IMG/VR virus record: IMGVR_UViG_3300045391_002568
Location: 2,044-66,043 of that record
Direction: 5' to 3' (one strand)
Source: a virus
Taxonomy: Duplodnaviria; Caudoviricetes
DNA length: 64,000 bases
The stretch's first letter is position 1; every line of letters starts with the position of its first letter. Shown in pieces: positions 36,684 through 47,200 of this stretch. The notes beneath the pieces were generated by a model. The model searched no databases. It worked only from the letters and a program-made list of their open reading frames with translations, and was not told the DNA's origin. The position numbers were made by a program, and so were the translations under genes.

Positions 36684-38584
36684 CGATCAAGGTGCTTTCA
36701 GCGATTCGCAAGCAGCTGAACTACCAGGCGAACGGCTGGCGCAGCAAGGAGGTGCCGGACGTTTCGAGCGTGCCGCGCATCCTGTATTGCGTGAGCGACC
36801 ACTGCCCGCCGGCAGATGGGTTGCTTGGCAACGACGGCTCGACAATCGAGGCCGCTCCGGTTGGAAGCGAGGCTGTCTACGGCGGCTACATGAGCGTGTT
36901 CGGCATCAACTTCGGCACGAATCAGAACGGCATCCGCGTTCGCAATCACACCGACGAATCTGATCCCGGGACCGATATCGTGACTCTCGGCGGCCGGATC
37001 ATTGACCTTGGGCCGTGCAATGGACGCCCGGACGTGCAAGTCGTCCATTTTCAGGTCGGGACGAGCGTTACGGGATTCTTCTCCGTGGAGACCGTGAACG
37101 GGACCTCCAACAAGCTCGCGTGGACTGCGCAGCCGGGCCGCATCCTGTACGTCAGCAACAATGACGCGAACGGCTACCCGCTGGGCAATGACTCCACCGC
37201 GCTCATTAATGACTCTGCGCACCCGTGGCGCTATGTGCAGCAACCGCTGAACGCCGGCGCTGACATCTTCAATGATGTCGTGCAGCCCGGAGATCAGGTT
37301 GTCCTACTTCCGACCAGCGAGGGCACGGAATGGAATGACACCGGCTATGCCAATCATTTCTTCCGCGTGCGCCTGAATGGCTTCGTCAGCGGCACCGAGC
37401 CCACCGGCGATCCGGGCGATGGCTACGTGCAGCTGCTGGGATACCCGAGCACGCGCAAGCGCGCGCACATCATTGCAACGGCGGGATTCCGTGGGTGCAT
37501 CGGCGGTCACAGTGACGAGGGCGATGTGCATGTGGGCGGCATTCGTTTCGTCATCGGGAATCTGACCGCAACCTGCCCCGGCGGAGCCGCGGTGAAGTTC
37601 GGAGGCCCTGCCAACCTTGCGGTAGGGGCCGACTACTGGCGCGTGGTGAACAACATCTTCGGAGACTGGGATGCGGAGTGGAGGTCGATCACGGCTGATG
37701 GATCGGGCTCATCGAAGCAGGGCGGGATATCCGGCAACGGCCGGCATCTGTACGTCGTCGGTAACCAGGTACGGAACATCGGCGGCGGCCAGCTCAATCA
37801 CGGCGTCTATTTCGACGACGACTCGCAATACGGAAAGCTAGCCTACAACTGGATCCATAAGGTCTACGGCGGCAACCTGGTGCAGTTCAATGCAAACGCC
37901 GGCGTTACTGACATCCTCGAGTGGGACGTGCACTCGAATCTCCTGGGCAATGGATTTCGGCATGGGTTCAACATCGCGGCGCTGTGCCAGAAGATGCGCT
38001 TCTGGAACAACATCGTCTACAACACCTCCGGCGCCGGCGTGCGCTGGGCCGACACCCCTTCTGGCGATGGGAGCTGGTTTCGCTACAACACCCTGGCGAA
38101 CTGCGGCCTGGCAGGCATCAATGTCCCGTACAACGGCGCGTGCATCATGCTCGACTCGAATGTGCCTGTCGGCAGGGAGATCGACATTTCCGACAACCTG
38201 CTTGTCGGCAGCAATCAGAGCACGGCGTATATCTGGACCGCCGGCGAGACTTACGACGGCCTGACGGTCGACGGGAACCACTACCACGGGGCCGGGGACC
38301 CGCCCGCGATCGACCTGAACGCCGGCTCCGGGGATCCGCTGTTCACCAACACGACGAGCTTCATCACGCAGCGCACCGCGATTGCGCTCGATGACGTGCC
38401 GCGCGCGCTGGCTGCGCCAATTCGCGCCGGAGGAAGGACAGTAGACCTCACGCTCTTGCTGGGCTCACCATGCGACGGTGCTGGCGGAACCGCCGTGCCT
38501 CCTGATGATGATTTCCACATCTTCAAGGACCGGCCATCGCCGCCCTCCATCGGCGCGATGGAAGTTCTTTTCACTGAGGGGTAG
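36680..38584 (+). CDS. IPT/TIG plus right-handed beta-helix protein (putative depolymerase/receptor-binding protein)
   Basis: ATGA overlap; SVFGINFG, repeated NN/NI-type beta-helix turns, C-terminal L.L..GSPC.GAG...SIGAME; paralogue of 53594..55537. Confidence 0.65.
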   Translation: MTIKVLSAIRKQLNYQANGWRSKEVPDVSSVPRILYCVSDHCPPADGLLGNDGSTIEAAPVGSEAVYGGYMSVFGINFGTNQNGIRVRNHTDESDPGTDIVTLGGRIIDLGPCNGRPDVQVVHFQVGTSVTGFFSVETVNGTSNKLAWTAQPGRILYVSNNDANGYPLGNDSTALINDSAHPWRYVQQPLNAGADIFNDVVQPGDQVVLLPTSEGTEWNDTGYANHFFRVRLNGFVSGTEPTGDPGDGYVQLLGYPSTRKRAHIIATAGFRGCIGGHSDEGDVHVGGIRFVIGNLTATCPGGAAVKFGGPANLAVGADYWRVVNNIFGDWDAEWRSITADGSGSSKQGGISGNGRHLYVVGNQVRNIGGGQLNHGVYFDDDSQYGKLAYNWIHKVYGGNLVQFNANAGVTDILEWDVHSNLLGNGFRHGFNIAALCQKMRFWNNIVYNTSGAGVRWADTPSGDGSWFRYNTLANCGLAGINVPYNGACIMLDSNVPVGREIDISDNLLVGSNQSTAYIWTAGETYDGLTVDGNHYHGAGDPPAIDLNAGSGDPLFTNTTSFITQRTAIALDDVPRALAAPIRAGGRTVDLTLLLGSPCDGAGGTAVPPDDDFHIFKDRPSPPSIGAMEVLFTEG

Positions 38585-38588
38585 CGGC

Positions 38589-38738
38589 ATGTCCATGATC
38601 ACGGTGGATGAACTTTCCGGAGATCTCGAGTATTTCGGCCCCGAAGAGACCGATCCGGTGCCGATTGAGGTGCCGGTGGCTGTGGCGGTGATAAGCGTGG
38701 GCCTCGCGTCGACCGTCGAAGAGCTCCTGCGGGATTAA
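38589..38738 (+). CDS. Small acidic hypothetical protein (49 aa)
   Basis: Fills the gap between 38584 and 38740. Confidence 0.45.
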   Translation: MSMITVDELSGDLEYFGPEETDPVPIEVPVAVAVISVGLASTVEELLRD

Positions 38739-38739
38739 C

Positions 38740-39261
38740 GTGAGCACCAAGACGCAGCGGCAGATCAGCGTGGTGAAGAAATCAGCGCTGAGTAACGTTC
38801 CTCGTGGCCTGGACCCAGCTACGCAGAGATTCCTCGACGAGATCCGGTCGGAGCTCATTCGCGTGTCGTCGATCGCTGCCTCGGCGATGCAGGCGATCGG
38901 ATCCATGAACCGCGCGCGCTCCACGGTGGTCGTTGAGACCGGCGTGACGCCTCCGCCAGTGACCTCCGGCGAGGGTAGCCTGAAGCAGACTGGATGGTGG
39001 AACTTCGATGGCGGACTTCAGGTTCGCTGGGGAAGAATCCCGAAGATCAAGAACGGCGGAGAGGTGAGGGTGGACTTCGTTGAGAAGTTCGCCAACGAGT
39101 GCTTCATCGTTATCGCCGGCGGAACCAGCAATCTGGACGGAAACGCCAAGGACAACCCCGTCGACGTCTATACCGCGAAGGATCCCACCACTTCCGGATT
39201 TTCGGTCACGCAGGCGGTGGACGCGGGAAGCATCGGGCATTATTTCGCCCTGGGGTGGTGA
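38740..39261 (+). CDS. Short tail-fibre-like protein with gp53-like C-terminal domain
   Basis: GWWNFDGGLQVRWG...VDFVEKFANECFIV...HYFALGW. Confidence 0.7.
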   Translation: MSTKTQRQISVVKKSALSNVPRGLDPATQRFLDEIRSELIRVSSIAASAMQAIGSMNRARSTVVVETGVTPPPVTSGEGSLKQTGWWNFDGGLQVRWGRIPKIKNGGEVRVDFVEKFANECFIVIAGGTSNLDGNAKDNPVDVYTAKDPTTSGFSVTQAVDAGSIGHYFALGW

Positions 39262-39310
39262 AGCTGCCCCGCGTGGGGTAGATTCCACCCAGTCGCAGGA
39301 GGCGAGTTGT

Positions 39311-39970
39311 ATGGCAGGAGAAGCTCTTTCCGGTGCCGCGTCCGGCGCCGCCGCTGGATCGGCTGCAGGCCCATGGGGCGCAGCAATCGGCGGACTTGTC
39401 GGCCTGGCCAGCGGCATCATCGGTGGCAACGCAGCCTCCAAAGCCCGAAAAAAGGCCAATGCCATCGAAGAGAAGCGTCTCGCGCTGGCATCGTCCCTGC
39501 AGAAGCGCTACTTCGATACGTTCGTTCCGCTGCAGGACCGCGCACTGTCTCTTGCTGGCCGCAGAATCGACCCGGGCGTCGAAGCAGCAGCCGCTGGCGC
39601 TGATGTTGAGCGTCAGGCCGCCACGCAGCGCGCCATCATGTTGCGGGACTTGGGTCGGCGCGGCATAGATCCGTCGTCCGGTGCAGCCGTCGACGCCACC
39701 ACGCGCCTGTCCCTTGGGACCGCCCTGGGCCGCGCCGCTGCAGAAACAGTCGCGCGCCGCAACGCCGGACGCGATGAGCTGAGCAACCTGCTGGCCGTGT
39801 CGGACATGGGGGCGCCCCTTCTCGGACAGGCCTCTGCGGGCCTTTCGAGCGTCGGCGCGGCCCGTGATGCGCGCGCGGCCGCAGCGGAGCAGGCGCAGGG
39901 GCAGGCGTGGAACAACGTCGGCGAGAACGTGGCCGACCTGATCAACTACTTCACCACCCGCAAGACCTGA
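39311..39970 (+). CDS. Ejection (DNA transfer) protein, P22 gp7-like
   Basis: GAASGAAAGSAAGPWGAAIGGLVG N-terminus; Ala-rich helices. Confidence 0.7.
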   Translation: MAGEALSGAASGAAAGSAAGPWGAAIGGLVGLASGIIGGNAASKARKKANAIEEKRLALASSLQKRYFDTFVPLQDRALSLAGRRIDPGVEAAAAGADVERQAATQRAIMLRDLGRRGIDPSSGAAVDATTRLSLGTALGRAAAETVARRNAGRDELSNLLAVSDMGAPLLGQASAGLSSVGAARDARAAAAEQAQGQAWNNVGENVADLINYFTTRKT

Positions 39971-39971
39971 C

Positions 39972-41198
39972 ATGGGCGCCACGAACGCACTCATTGGTCT
40001 CTCAAGCGGCCTGCGGTCCGGCATGGAGCGCAACCGCGAGCAGCGCCGCGAGGACGAGGATCGCCAGATGCGCTTGGCAGATGCCGCCACCCAGCGCGAA
40101 AGGCAGAAGACCGCTGACGAACGGGCGGCCGAAGAGTACGACTACCGAAAGAAGCAGCGCGACAAGGAGACCAGCCTCCGTGATGCGCAGACGAAGCAGC
40201 AAGAGGATGAGCGCGCACGCTTGCAGCGGGAGAGGCAGGGGAGGGCACTGTACGGGCTCGCTCGCGTGGCAGACGAGGGCCATGACCCGTCCATCTACCT
40301 GAACCAGGCTGGGGCCGATCTGCCGGCCGGAACGTCGTATGACGCGACCACCGGTGAAATCGTCATTCCAGGGGCGGACGGCTCGGAGCCGCGGCGCTAC
40401 AAGGCAAAGGAAGTGCGGCAGGGGCTGGAGGAGACCTACGGCACGAAGGAAAAGCCAAACGTCCAGAAGTTGAGCCCTGGCGAAAGACTGGTGGATGTTG
40501 ACAAAAAGACGACCATCGTCGAGAACCCGGCGACGAACGCCACCAACGGCCTGACCGACACTGGTAGAAAGACGCCGGACGGCGCGCGCATCTTGCGCCT
40601 CGGCAACACCGGCAACTTCGTCCGCGAGGATACGTTCGAGAAGGTTGGCGGATCCGCCGGCGGCGGCGGCGCGACGAGAGAGATTACGCCGGCAGAAATA
40701 CGCCTGCGATCGGGCGCTTTCAGGAGCGCCCTCGACACGCGCACGCGGGATCAGTTTGGCCGCGGCAGCACCCTGACCGGAGAGCAGAAGCAGCAATATG
40801 GAGCGATCGCCGACAGGATGATCGCCAAGTACGGCGCTGCGGCTCCCGGCGCCGATGACCTTGCGCAAATCATCATGGGGAAGATGTCGGCCCTCCCGTC
40901 GCTGTCAGAGCTGACCGATCAGGAGGTTCAGAACATGAAGGCCTCCGGAACCACGAAGAAGACCGGGTGGTTCGACGGGATCTCAGACAGTGATGCGACT
41001 CGCAAGGCCGCGCAGGAGACCGCCAAGGCGAAGCTCAAAGTCGCGCACCAGCTGGCTGAAACTGAGATCGAGCAGGAAGTCGCAGACATCGCCACGTCGT
41101 TTTACGGCTTCGGAGCAGCAGGTGGTGGAGAAGGGCGGCCAGCAGCGCGTGGCGGCGGAAGCGCGCCTGTCGGTGTAGACGGCAAGCCCCTCTGGTAG
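39972..41198 (+). CDS. Ejection protein
   Basis: GLSSGLRSG followed by charged coiled coil; between the gp7-like gene and the giant protein. Confidence 0.65.
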   Translation: MGATNALIGLSSGLRSGMERNREQRREDEDRQMRLADAATQRERQKTADERAAEEYDYRKKQRDKETSLRDAQTKQQEDERARLQRERQGRALYGLARVADEGHDPSIYLNQAGADLPAGTSYDATTGEIVIPGADGSEPRRYKAKEVRQGLEETYGTKEKPNVQKLSPGERLVDVDKKTTIVENPATNATNGLTDTGRKTPDGARILRLGNTGNFVREDTFEKVGGSAGGGGATREITPAEIRLRSGAFRSALDTRTRDQFGRGSTLTGEQKQQYGAIADRMIAKYGAAAPGADDLAQIIMGKMSALPSLSELTDQEVQNMKASGTTKKTGWFDGISDSDATRKAAQETAKAKLKVAHQLAETEIEQEVADIATSFYGFGAAGGGEGRPAARGGGSAPVGVDGKPLW

Positions 41199-41207
41199 GC
41201 TTCGCGC

Positions 41208-44200
41208 ATGGCGCGTCCATGGGCTGAAGTAGCCGAAGACCCGAACTACCTTGGCCTCGATCCGCAGGCGCGCGAGGCTGTGCGTAGCGCGTATTTCGAG
41301 CAAAACGTTGCTCCGCGCATCGCCCCCGATCAGGACCACGACCAGGTGCGCGCGCTGTTCGACAAGAGCACGCGTGAAGATCTGGTGGCGGCGGCACAGG
41401 CCCGAGGATCCGGAGAGCCGCAGCGAGGCGCCGTGCGGCGCGCAGAGCCAGCGGTAGCGACCCCAAAGGTTCCGGGCAACATCGATCTGAACAACCGTCC
41501 GCGCGTGCAAAACGAGGACGGCACGATATCGACTGTGCGCAGCATGTCCATCGGCACCGACCAGGGAGAGGTGCTGATTCCCACCGTCTCTGATGACGGT
41601 CGAATCCTGAGCGACGACGAGGCGATAAAGCAGTACCGCAACACCGGCCGGCACCTGGGTATCTTCAACTCCCCGCAGGAGGCGACCTCATACGCGCAGG
41701 CTCTTCACCAGCAGCAGGAGAAGCAATACGCGGATTCGCAGCCGGCCGCCGGAGTCCTGGAATCCATCGCGCACGCCGGTCGCAGCATCATGCGCAACTG
41801 GCAGCAGGCTGCTGTTGGTGAGAAGCTCCTGAACGCAGAGCTGGGCGTGCCGGACAACCTTGAGAGGCAGCGCCGCAAGAAATTCATCGGAAAACGCGCC
41901 GATGAGGCTGCGGCCGCCGGCGACACGGAGAAAGCGGCGAGCATCCGCGCATTCCTGGCCGATGAAGAGCAGGACCGCGAGAAGCTGCGCGAAGCTGCCC
42001 GCGCGCGCGCGCCGGAGTTGCTCGAGCGCGCGAAGAAGCTGGACGCCGAGGATCGTGCTGACCCCATCAAGCACGCCGGAAAGATCGGCCAGTGGCTACA
42101 TGATGCCGCTGTAAGCATCGGCGCAACCGGCCCCTCGGTAGGCGCCGGCATTCTCACGTCGATCGTTGCGACTCCTGCCGGTGGAACGGCCGTCACGCTG
42201 GGGTCGATGCTCGAGCAGACGCGGGCGCAGAGCTACCAGAAATATCGCCTGCAGGGGCTGAGTCCCGATCGCGCGAACCGGCTGGCCAGCATCGATGGCT
42301 TCGTGGAGGCTGGAACCGAACTTCTACCGTTCAGCGCGCTGATCAAGCGCACGCCGCTGCTGAAAAAGGCGATCACCGAGATCCTGTCGGACATTCCCGG
42401 TGAAGAGGTCGCCAACTTCTTCCAGAGCTATACCGAGGCCGTTGCAGGGGCTGGAGACAACCCAACCCCGGAGCAGGTCAATGCCGCCATGCATGCGGCA
42501 TGGGAAAAGACGAAGCGCGAGGCGCTGGACGTGGCGGCGGTATCCACCATCCAGGGTGGAGTGATGGCCGGCGCGTCTCGCCTGGCGCTGGGAAAGGAAG
42601 AGGAGCAGAGAAGGAGGCCGCCTTCCCCGAGCGAACCCGGCGCGCCAGCGGCAGAGAAGCCAGCCGCAAAGCCCAAGGCCGGAGATATCAGCCTCGACGA
42701 GGCTGTCGGTACGACGGTTGCGCCGGATGAAGGCGCGGCAGTAGAGTCAGCTTCACCACCAACGCATGCACCCCCCGCGAAGCAAGCTGAACCGGGGGCG
42801 GTCTCGAAAGAGGCCGCCCCCGGGGAGGCCGGGGCAACGGAAGAGGATCCTTTCTCTCCGGAAGCCACGCAGCGCGCAGACGATCTGCGCACCGCAATCA
42901 GCTACGTCTCCCCTCCTCCGCCGGAAAACGGCCGCGGCATCGTCCCTGATCCGGAAGTGTTCCAGACGCACGCCGACATGGAGCGCGCGCCGCGCGGGCG
43001 CATCGGAATCCCCGGGCACCCGGCCTGGGCGTCCCGGCCGGACAAGATCAGTGCCAAGGATGGCGCTGCGGCGCTGGAGAAAGCCGGCCGCGGCGATACG
43101 CTGACGCCCAAGGAGCAGCGTTTCGTCGACCACATGCTGCAGTACGTGTCCGAGGAGCGTGCTTACCAGCAGTCGGTTCCCGAGGAGCAGCGCATCACGG
43201 CAGATGACATGCGCGACTCCATGCTCGAGCCGCAGGACATGCAGTTGGCGATGCTCGCGCAGCGCGCGCGACAGGTCGGCGCTGACCCTGATATGGTTGA
43301 TGCCGCGCTCGAGGCCCAGACCGATGAAATGGCCGCCTCAAAGCTGAACGAGCTGATTTCCGGAGCGACCCGTGAAAAATCCGCAGAAGAGCCCGAAGCG
43401 AATCAAACGCCTGCTGCAGCACCTGGAGAAGAAGGGCAAGCTGCCGCCGCGGAAGAAGGCGTAGGTGCTGATCATCGAGCAGCGGTACCAGCTGCCGTTG
43501 CCACAACCGTCCCTACTGGAGCGGCAGCTGATGGCGCGACTCCTGCGAGAGGAAGCGCGGCAGAGGATGTATCACGCGGAGCAGCTGGTGCTGCTGGCAC
43601 TGACCTCTTCGGAGCAGACAATTCCCGTCAGGAAGCCCTCAACGCGCGGAATGGTAGAGTTGCCAGAAAGCTAGGCGAGGGCCGCAAGGCGCCTCCGCCT
43701 GGCGGCATGTTCGAGGCCGCCGATCAGCAGGAAGTCGCGCGCGCCGCGGCCGCGCAAACCGACCTCGATGCCGCTGCGCACGCGGCCGCCACCTCCCCGC
43801 AGAACGACCTTCCGCAGCCCACGCCGGCGCAGCACGAGGCTGGCAACTATCAGAAGGGCCACCTGCGCGTGCAGGGCCTGGACATCTCGATCGAGAACCC
43901 CAAGGGCAGCGAGCGCAGCAGCAAGCCAGATGCTGCGCGGCCGTGGAAAACCACGATGCAGGCCCACTACGGCTACATCCGCGGCACGGTGGGCAAGGAC
44001 AAGGACCACATCGATGTATTCGTGGGCCCGGAGGCCGAGGACGAGGCCAACACGGTCTACGTGGTCGATCAGCCGCAGTTCGATGGCACTGGCTTCGATG
44101 AGCACAAGGTCTTGCTGGGCTTCGACAGCCTGAAGTCGGCACTCGCGGCCTACCGCGGTAGCTACGACAAGGCTGCCAGCAAGATGACCTCGCTCGCCAA

Positions 44201-47200
44201 GACGCGCGCTTTCACGGCGGATGAGTTCAAGGACTGGCTGGCCAATGGGGACCACACCAAGCCAGCGAGCACGTTTCGACCCAGTAAAAACCCAGTAAAA
44301 ACCCCGTCAGAGCCCGGCGCCGCCGCCCAGGAGCAGCGGCCGCAGGCCGGAGCGCCGGAACTCAATGCGAATGGGGTGTACCCGCGCGACGCCGGCGAGA
44401 CCATCAGCATGCCTACCGGCAAAGGCCGGCCGAAGTCGGAGCATTCGGTGCAGGTGGTGGAGACGCCGCAGGGCTGGGTCTTCGGCATGCAGTCCTTCTT
44501 CAACATCGGTGATATGTCGGGCACGTCGCATGGCGCCTCGGCCACCCATGGCGGCAAGAGCGCGACGCGCGAGGAAGCGCTGCGCAAGGGGCTCGAGCAG
44601 ATCCTGAAGCACGCCACCAGCGTCGCAACCGGGCCCATTCACAGCCCGCGCAATGAGGCGCAGGTGGCCGAGGCGAAGCGCGTCATGGAGTGGGCGCAGC
44701 AGCAGATCAATGCCATACAGAAAAACCCACCGCCGGCTCCCGCGACCGCGCGTAATGCGCCTCCCGCGAGCAGAAACACGATTTTTACCGAGGACGCGGC
44801 GGCCAAGGCTCGCGCCATCCTAAAGTCGAAGCTCGGACAGGTGAGTAGCGGCTTGGATCCGGAGTTGATGCAGGCCGGCATCACGCTGGCCGGCTATCAC
44901 ATCGAGCGCGGCGCGCGCACGTTCGCCGCCTATTCCAAGGCGATGATCGAGGACCTTGGCGAGGCGGTGAAGCCGTACCTGCGCAGTTGGTACGAGGCTG
45001 TAAGGTGGGATCCGCGCGCGACCGCCATCGCGGCGGACATGACCGGAGCCACAGAGATCGATCAGGAGGCCGCGCCGCGCGCCCAAGAAGCAAGCAGTTC
45101 GCAGCAAGATACCGGCTCTTCCGAGCAGAATCCTGAAAATGACGATCAGGAGGCGGCCGCTGCGGCGCGCGCGCCGGAGGGGCTCGAGCAGTTCGTTCTG
45201 CGCGAACTGCGATCTGGCGAGCAGATCTCCAAGCGCAACCTTGAGCGCTACAGCGGGATCTCCGGCAAGGAGCTCGAGGAGGCCATCGAGCTGGCCATCG
45301 TCATGCGCGCGCGCGAGATAGTGGCCTCAAGGCAGTCCCCGGAGGACACCTTCATGGCGCTGCAGCGGCTGTACAACCAGCAGCCGAACCTCTCCACGCG
45401 CACCAGCACCAGCGTCGAGCAGCAGGCCTACAGCACGCCGGCGCCGCTGGCCTACCTCGCCAGCAGGCTCGCCGACATCGGCCGCCACGACACCGTGCTG
45501 GAGCCCACGGCGGGCAACGGCATGCTCCTGATCGAGGCGACGCCGCGACTGGCCGTGGTCAATGAGCTGAATCCGGATCGATGGAAGGCGCTGCGAAAGC
45601 AGGGCTTCAAAGTGGACAGCAGCGACGCCACGACATGGACGCCGTCGCGATCTGGGTCGGTCAACGTGGTGATTGCCAATCCACCATTCGGTACGGTTCG
45701 GCTGCCAAGCGGCATCACCAGATCCTTCGCGGCGCCGCTGCCAGACGGCAAGATCTTCCAGACCAACGAAATAGACCACGCGATCAGCATGCGTGCATTG
45801 CAGCACATGCACCCGAATGGTCGCGCGGTGCTGATCATCGGCTCGGTCAACAAGCAGGCCAAGGGAGTGGCCCGATCGGACGCCTACAACGGCGCGGCGA
45901 AGCGCCAGTTCTTCTATCACCTGTACCAGCATTACAACGTCACCGACCACTTCACGGTGGACGGCAAGCTGTATGCGAAGCAGGGCGCGGCCTGGCCGGT
46001 GGATGTCATTGTCATAGAGGGTCGCGGTAGGAGCTCGAGGGCCCTGCCCGCGGCGGATGTCCCGAGGGTGTACGATTCATGGGAGGCCTTGCGAGGCCTC
46101 ATATCCGGAGAGTCCGATGAACGCGCAGCAAATGATCGCGTGGGCGCCGAGCAGGAAGCTGGCCGTGGTGGTGACGCTGGGGTCGATACTGACCAGCAGC
46201 AAGACGAAGCTGGATCGGGAGATATATCTCTCGGAACTGAGCAACCGGCTCCAGAAGCTGCTGGAGAGCCAGCCGGACCCGAAGCTGTCACTGGTGAGGA
46301 TGGAGGGCCTGCTGGAGGAGGCCGGCCTGTGGGAGGGCGAAACGCCACCACTGGAAGAGGCAGCGAGCAGGCTGATACTGAGCAATCCCCTGGTATGGGA
46401 TCGCCTGGAACAGCACGGGCTGGAACTGAACGATCTGCCGCCGAATCCGGACGAGACGCCGGAAGCGAGGCTGCAGATCAGGGCGGACCTGCAGGATCCA
46501 GTGAGCGCGCTCGAGAACTGGCTGGGGCAGTTGACAGCGCAGCCCTAGCCGGGCACCAGGTTCCCTACAATCCGGCATCCAGCGTTCCTGCGATCGGGAC
46601 GCTGGTGCCGACGAACATGCGCAACGCAACCGCGAACGCGCTGGCCGCGCTCGAGGCGCGCGTCGGGAAGCTCGAATCCTACGTGGCGCAGCAGCTGGGA
46701 TGGGAAGAGTCCGACGTAGGCAGGTACCTCGGCGCTGAGCAGGTAGACGGCGTGGCGCTGGCGCTGGACCAGATCAGCCAGAACAAGGCGCTGGTGATTG
46801 GCGACCAGACCGGCGTAGGCAAGGGCCGGCAAGTCGCGTCGGCCATCCGGTTCGCGCTGCGGCAGGGACTTATTCCGATCTTCGTCACCGAGAAGCCGAA
46901 TCTCTACTCGGACATCTATCGGGATCTTGTCGACATCGGCCAGGAGGACATCCGGCCGCTGGTGACCAACTCGGGATTGAAACTTCCGCTCGACGACAAC
47001 GAAACGGTGTTCCTCACCACGGCCAGCGGCAACGTCCACGAAAGGACCCTTGCGTCTGCGCGCGACACCGGTGATCTCGGTGATTTTAATATGGTGTTCA
47101 CCACCTACAACCAGATGCAGACGGTCAAGGGAAATCCCACGACGCGCATGGGGATGCTCGGCGCGCTTGGACCCCGGGCGATGCTGATTCTGGATGAGGC

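Noticed and set aside
38740-39261. Diversity-generating retroelement targeting a fibre C-terminus
   Set aside because: No reverse transcriptase and no template/variable repeat pair noticed
45139-45321. Third overprinted ORF in the giant gene
   Set aside because: Arg/Ser-rich off-frame appearance, no RBS, no convincing codon shift
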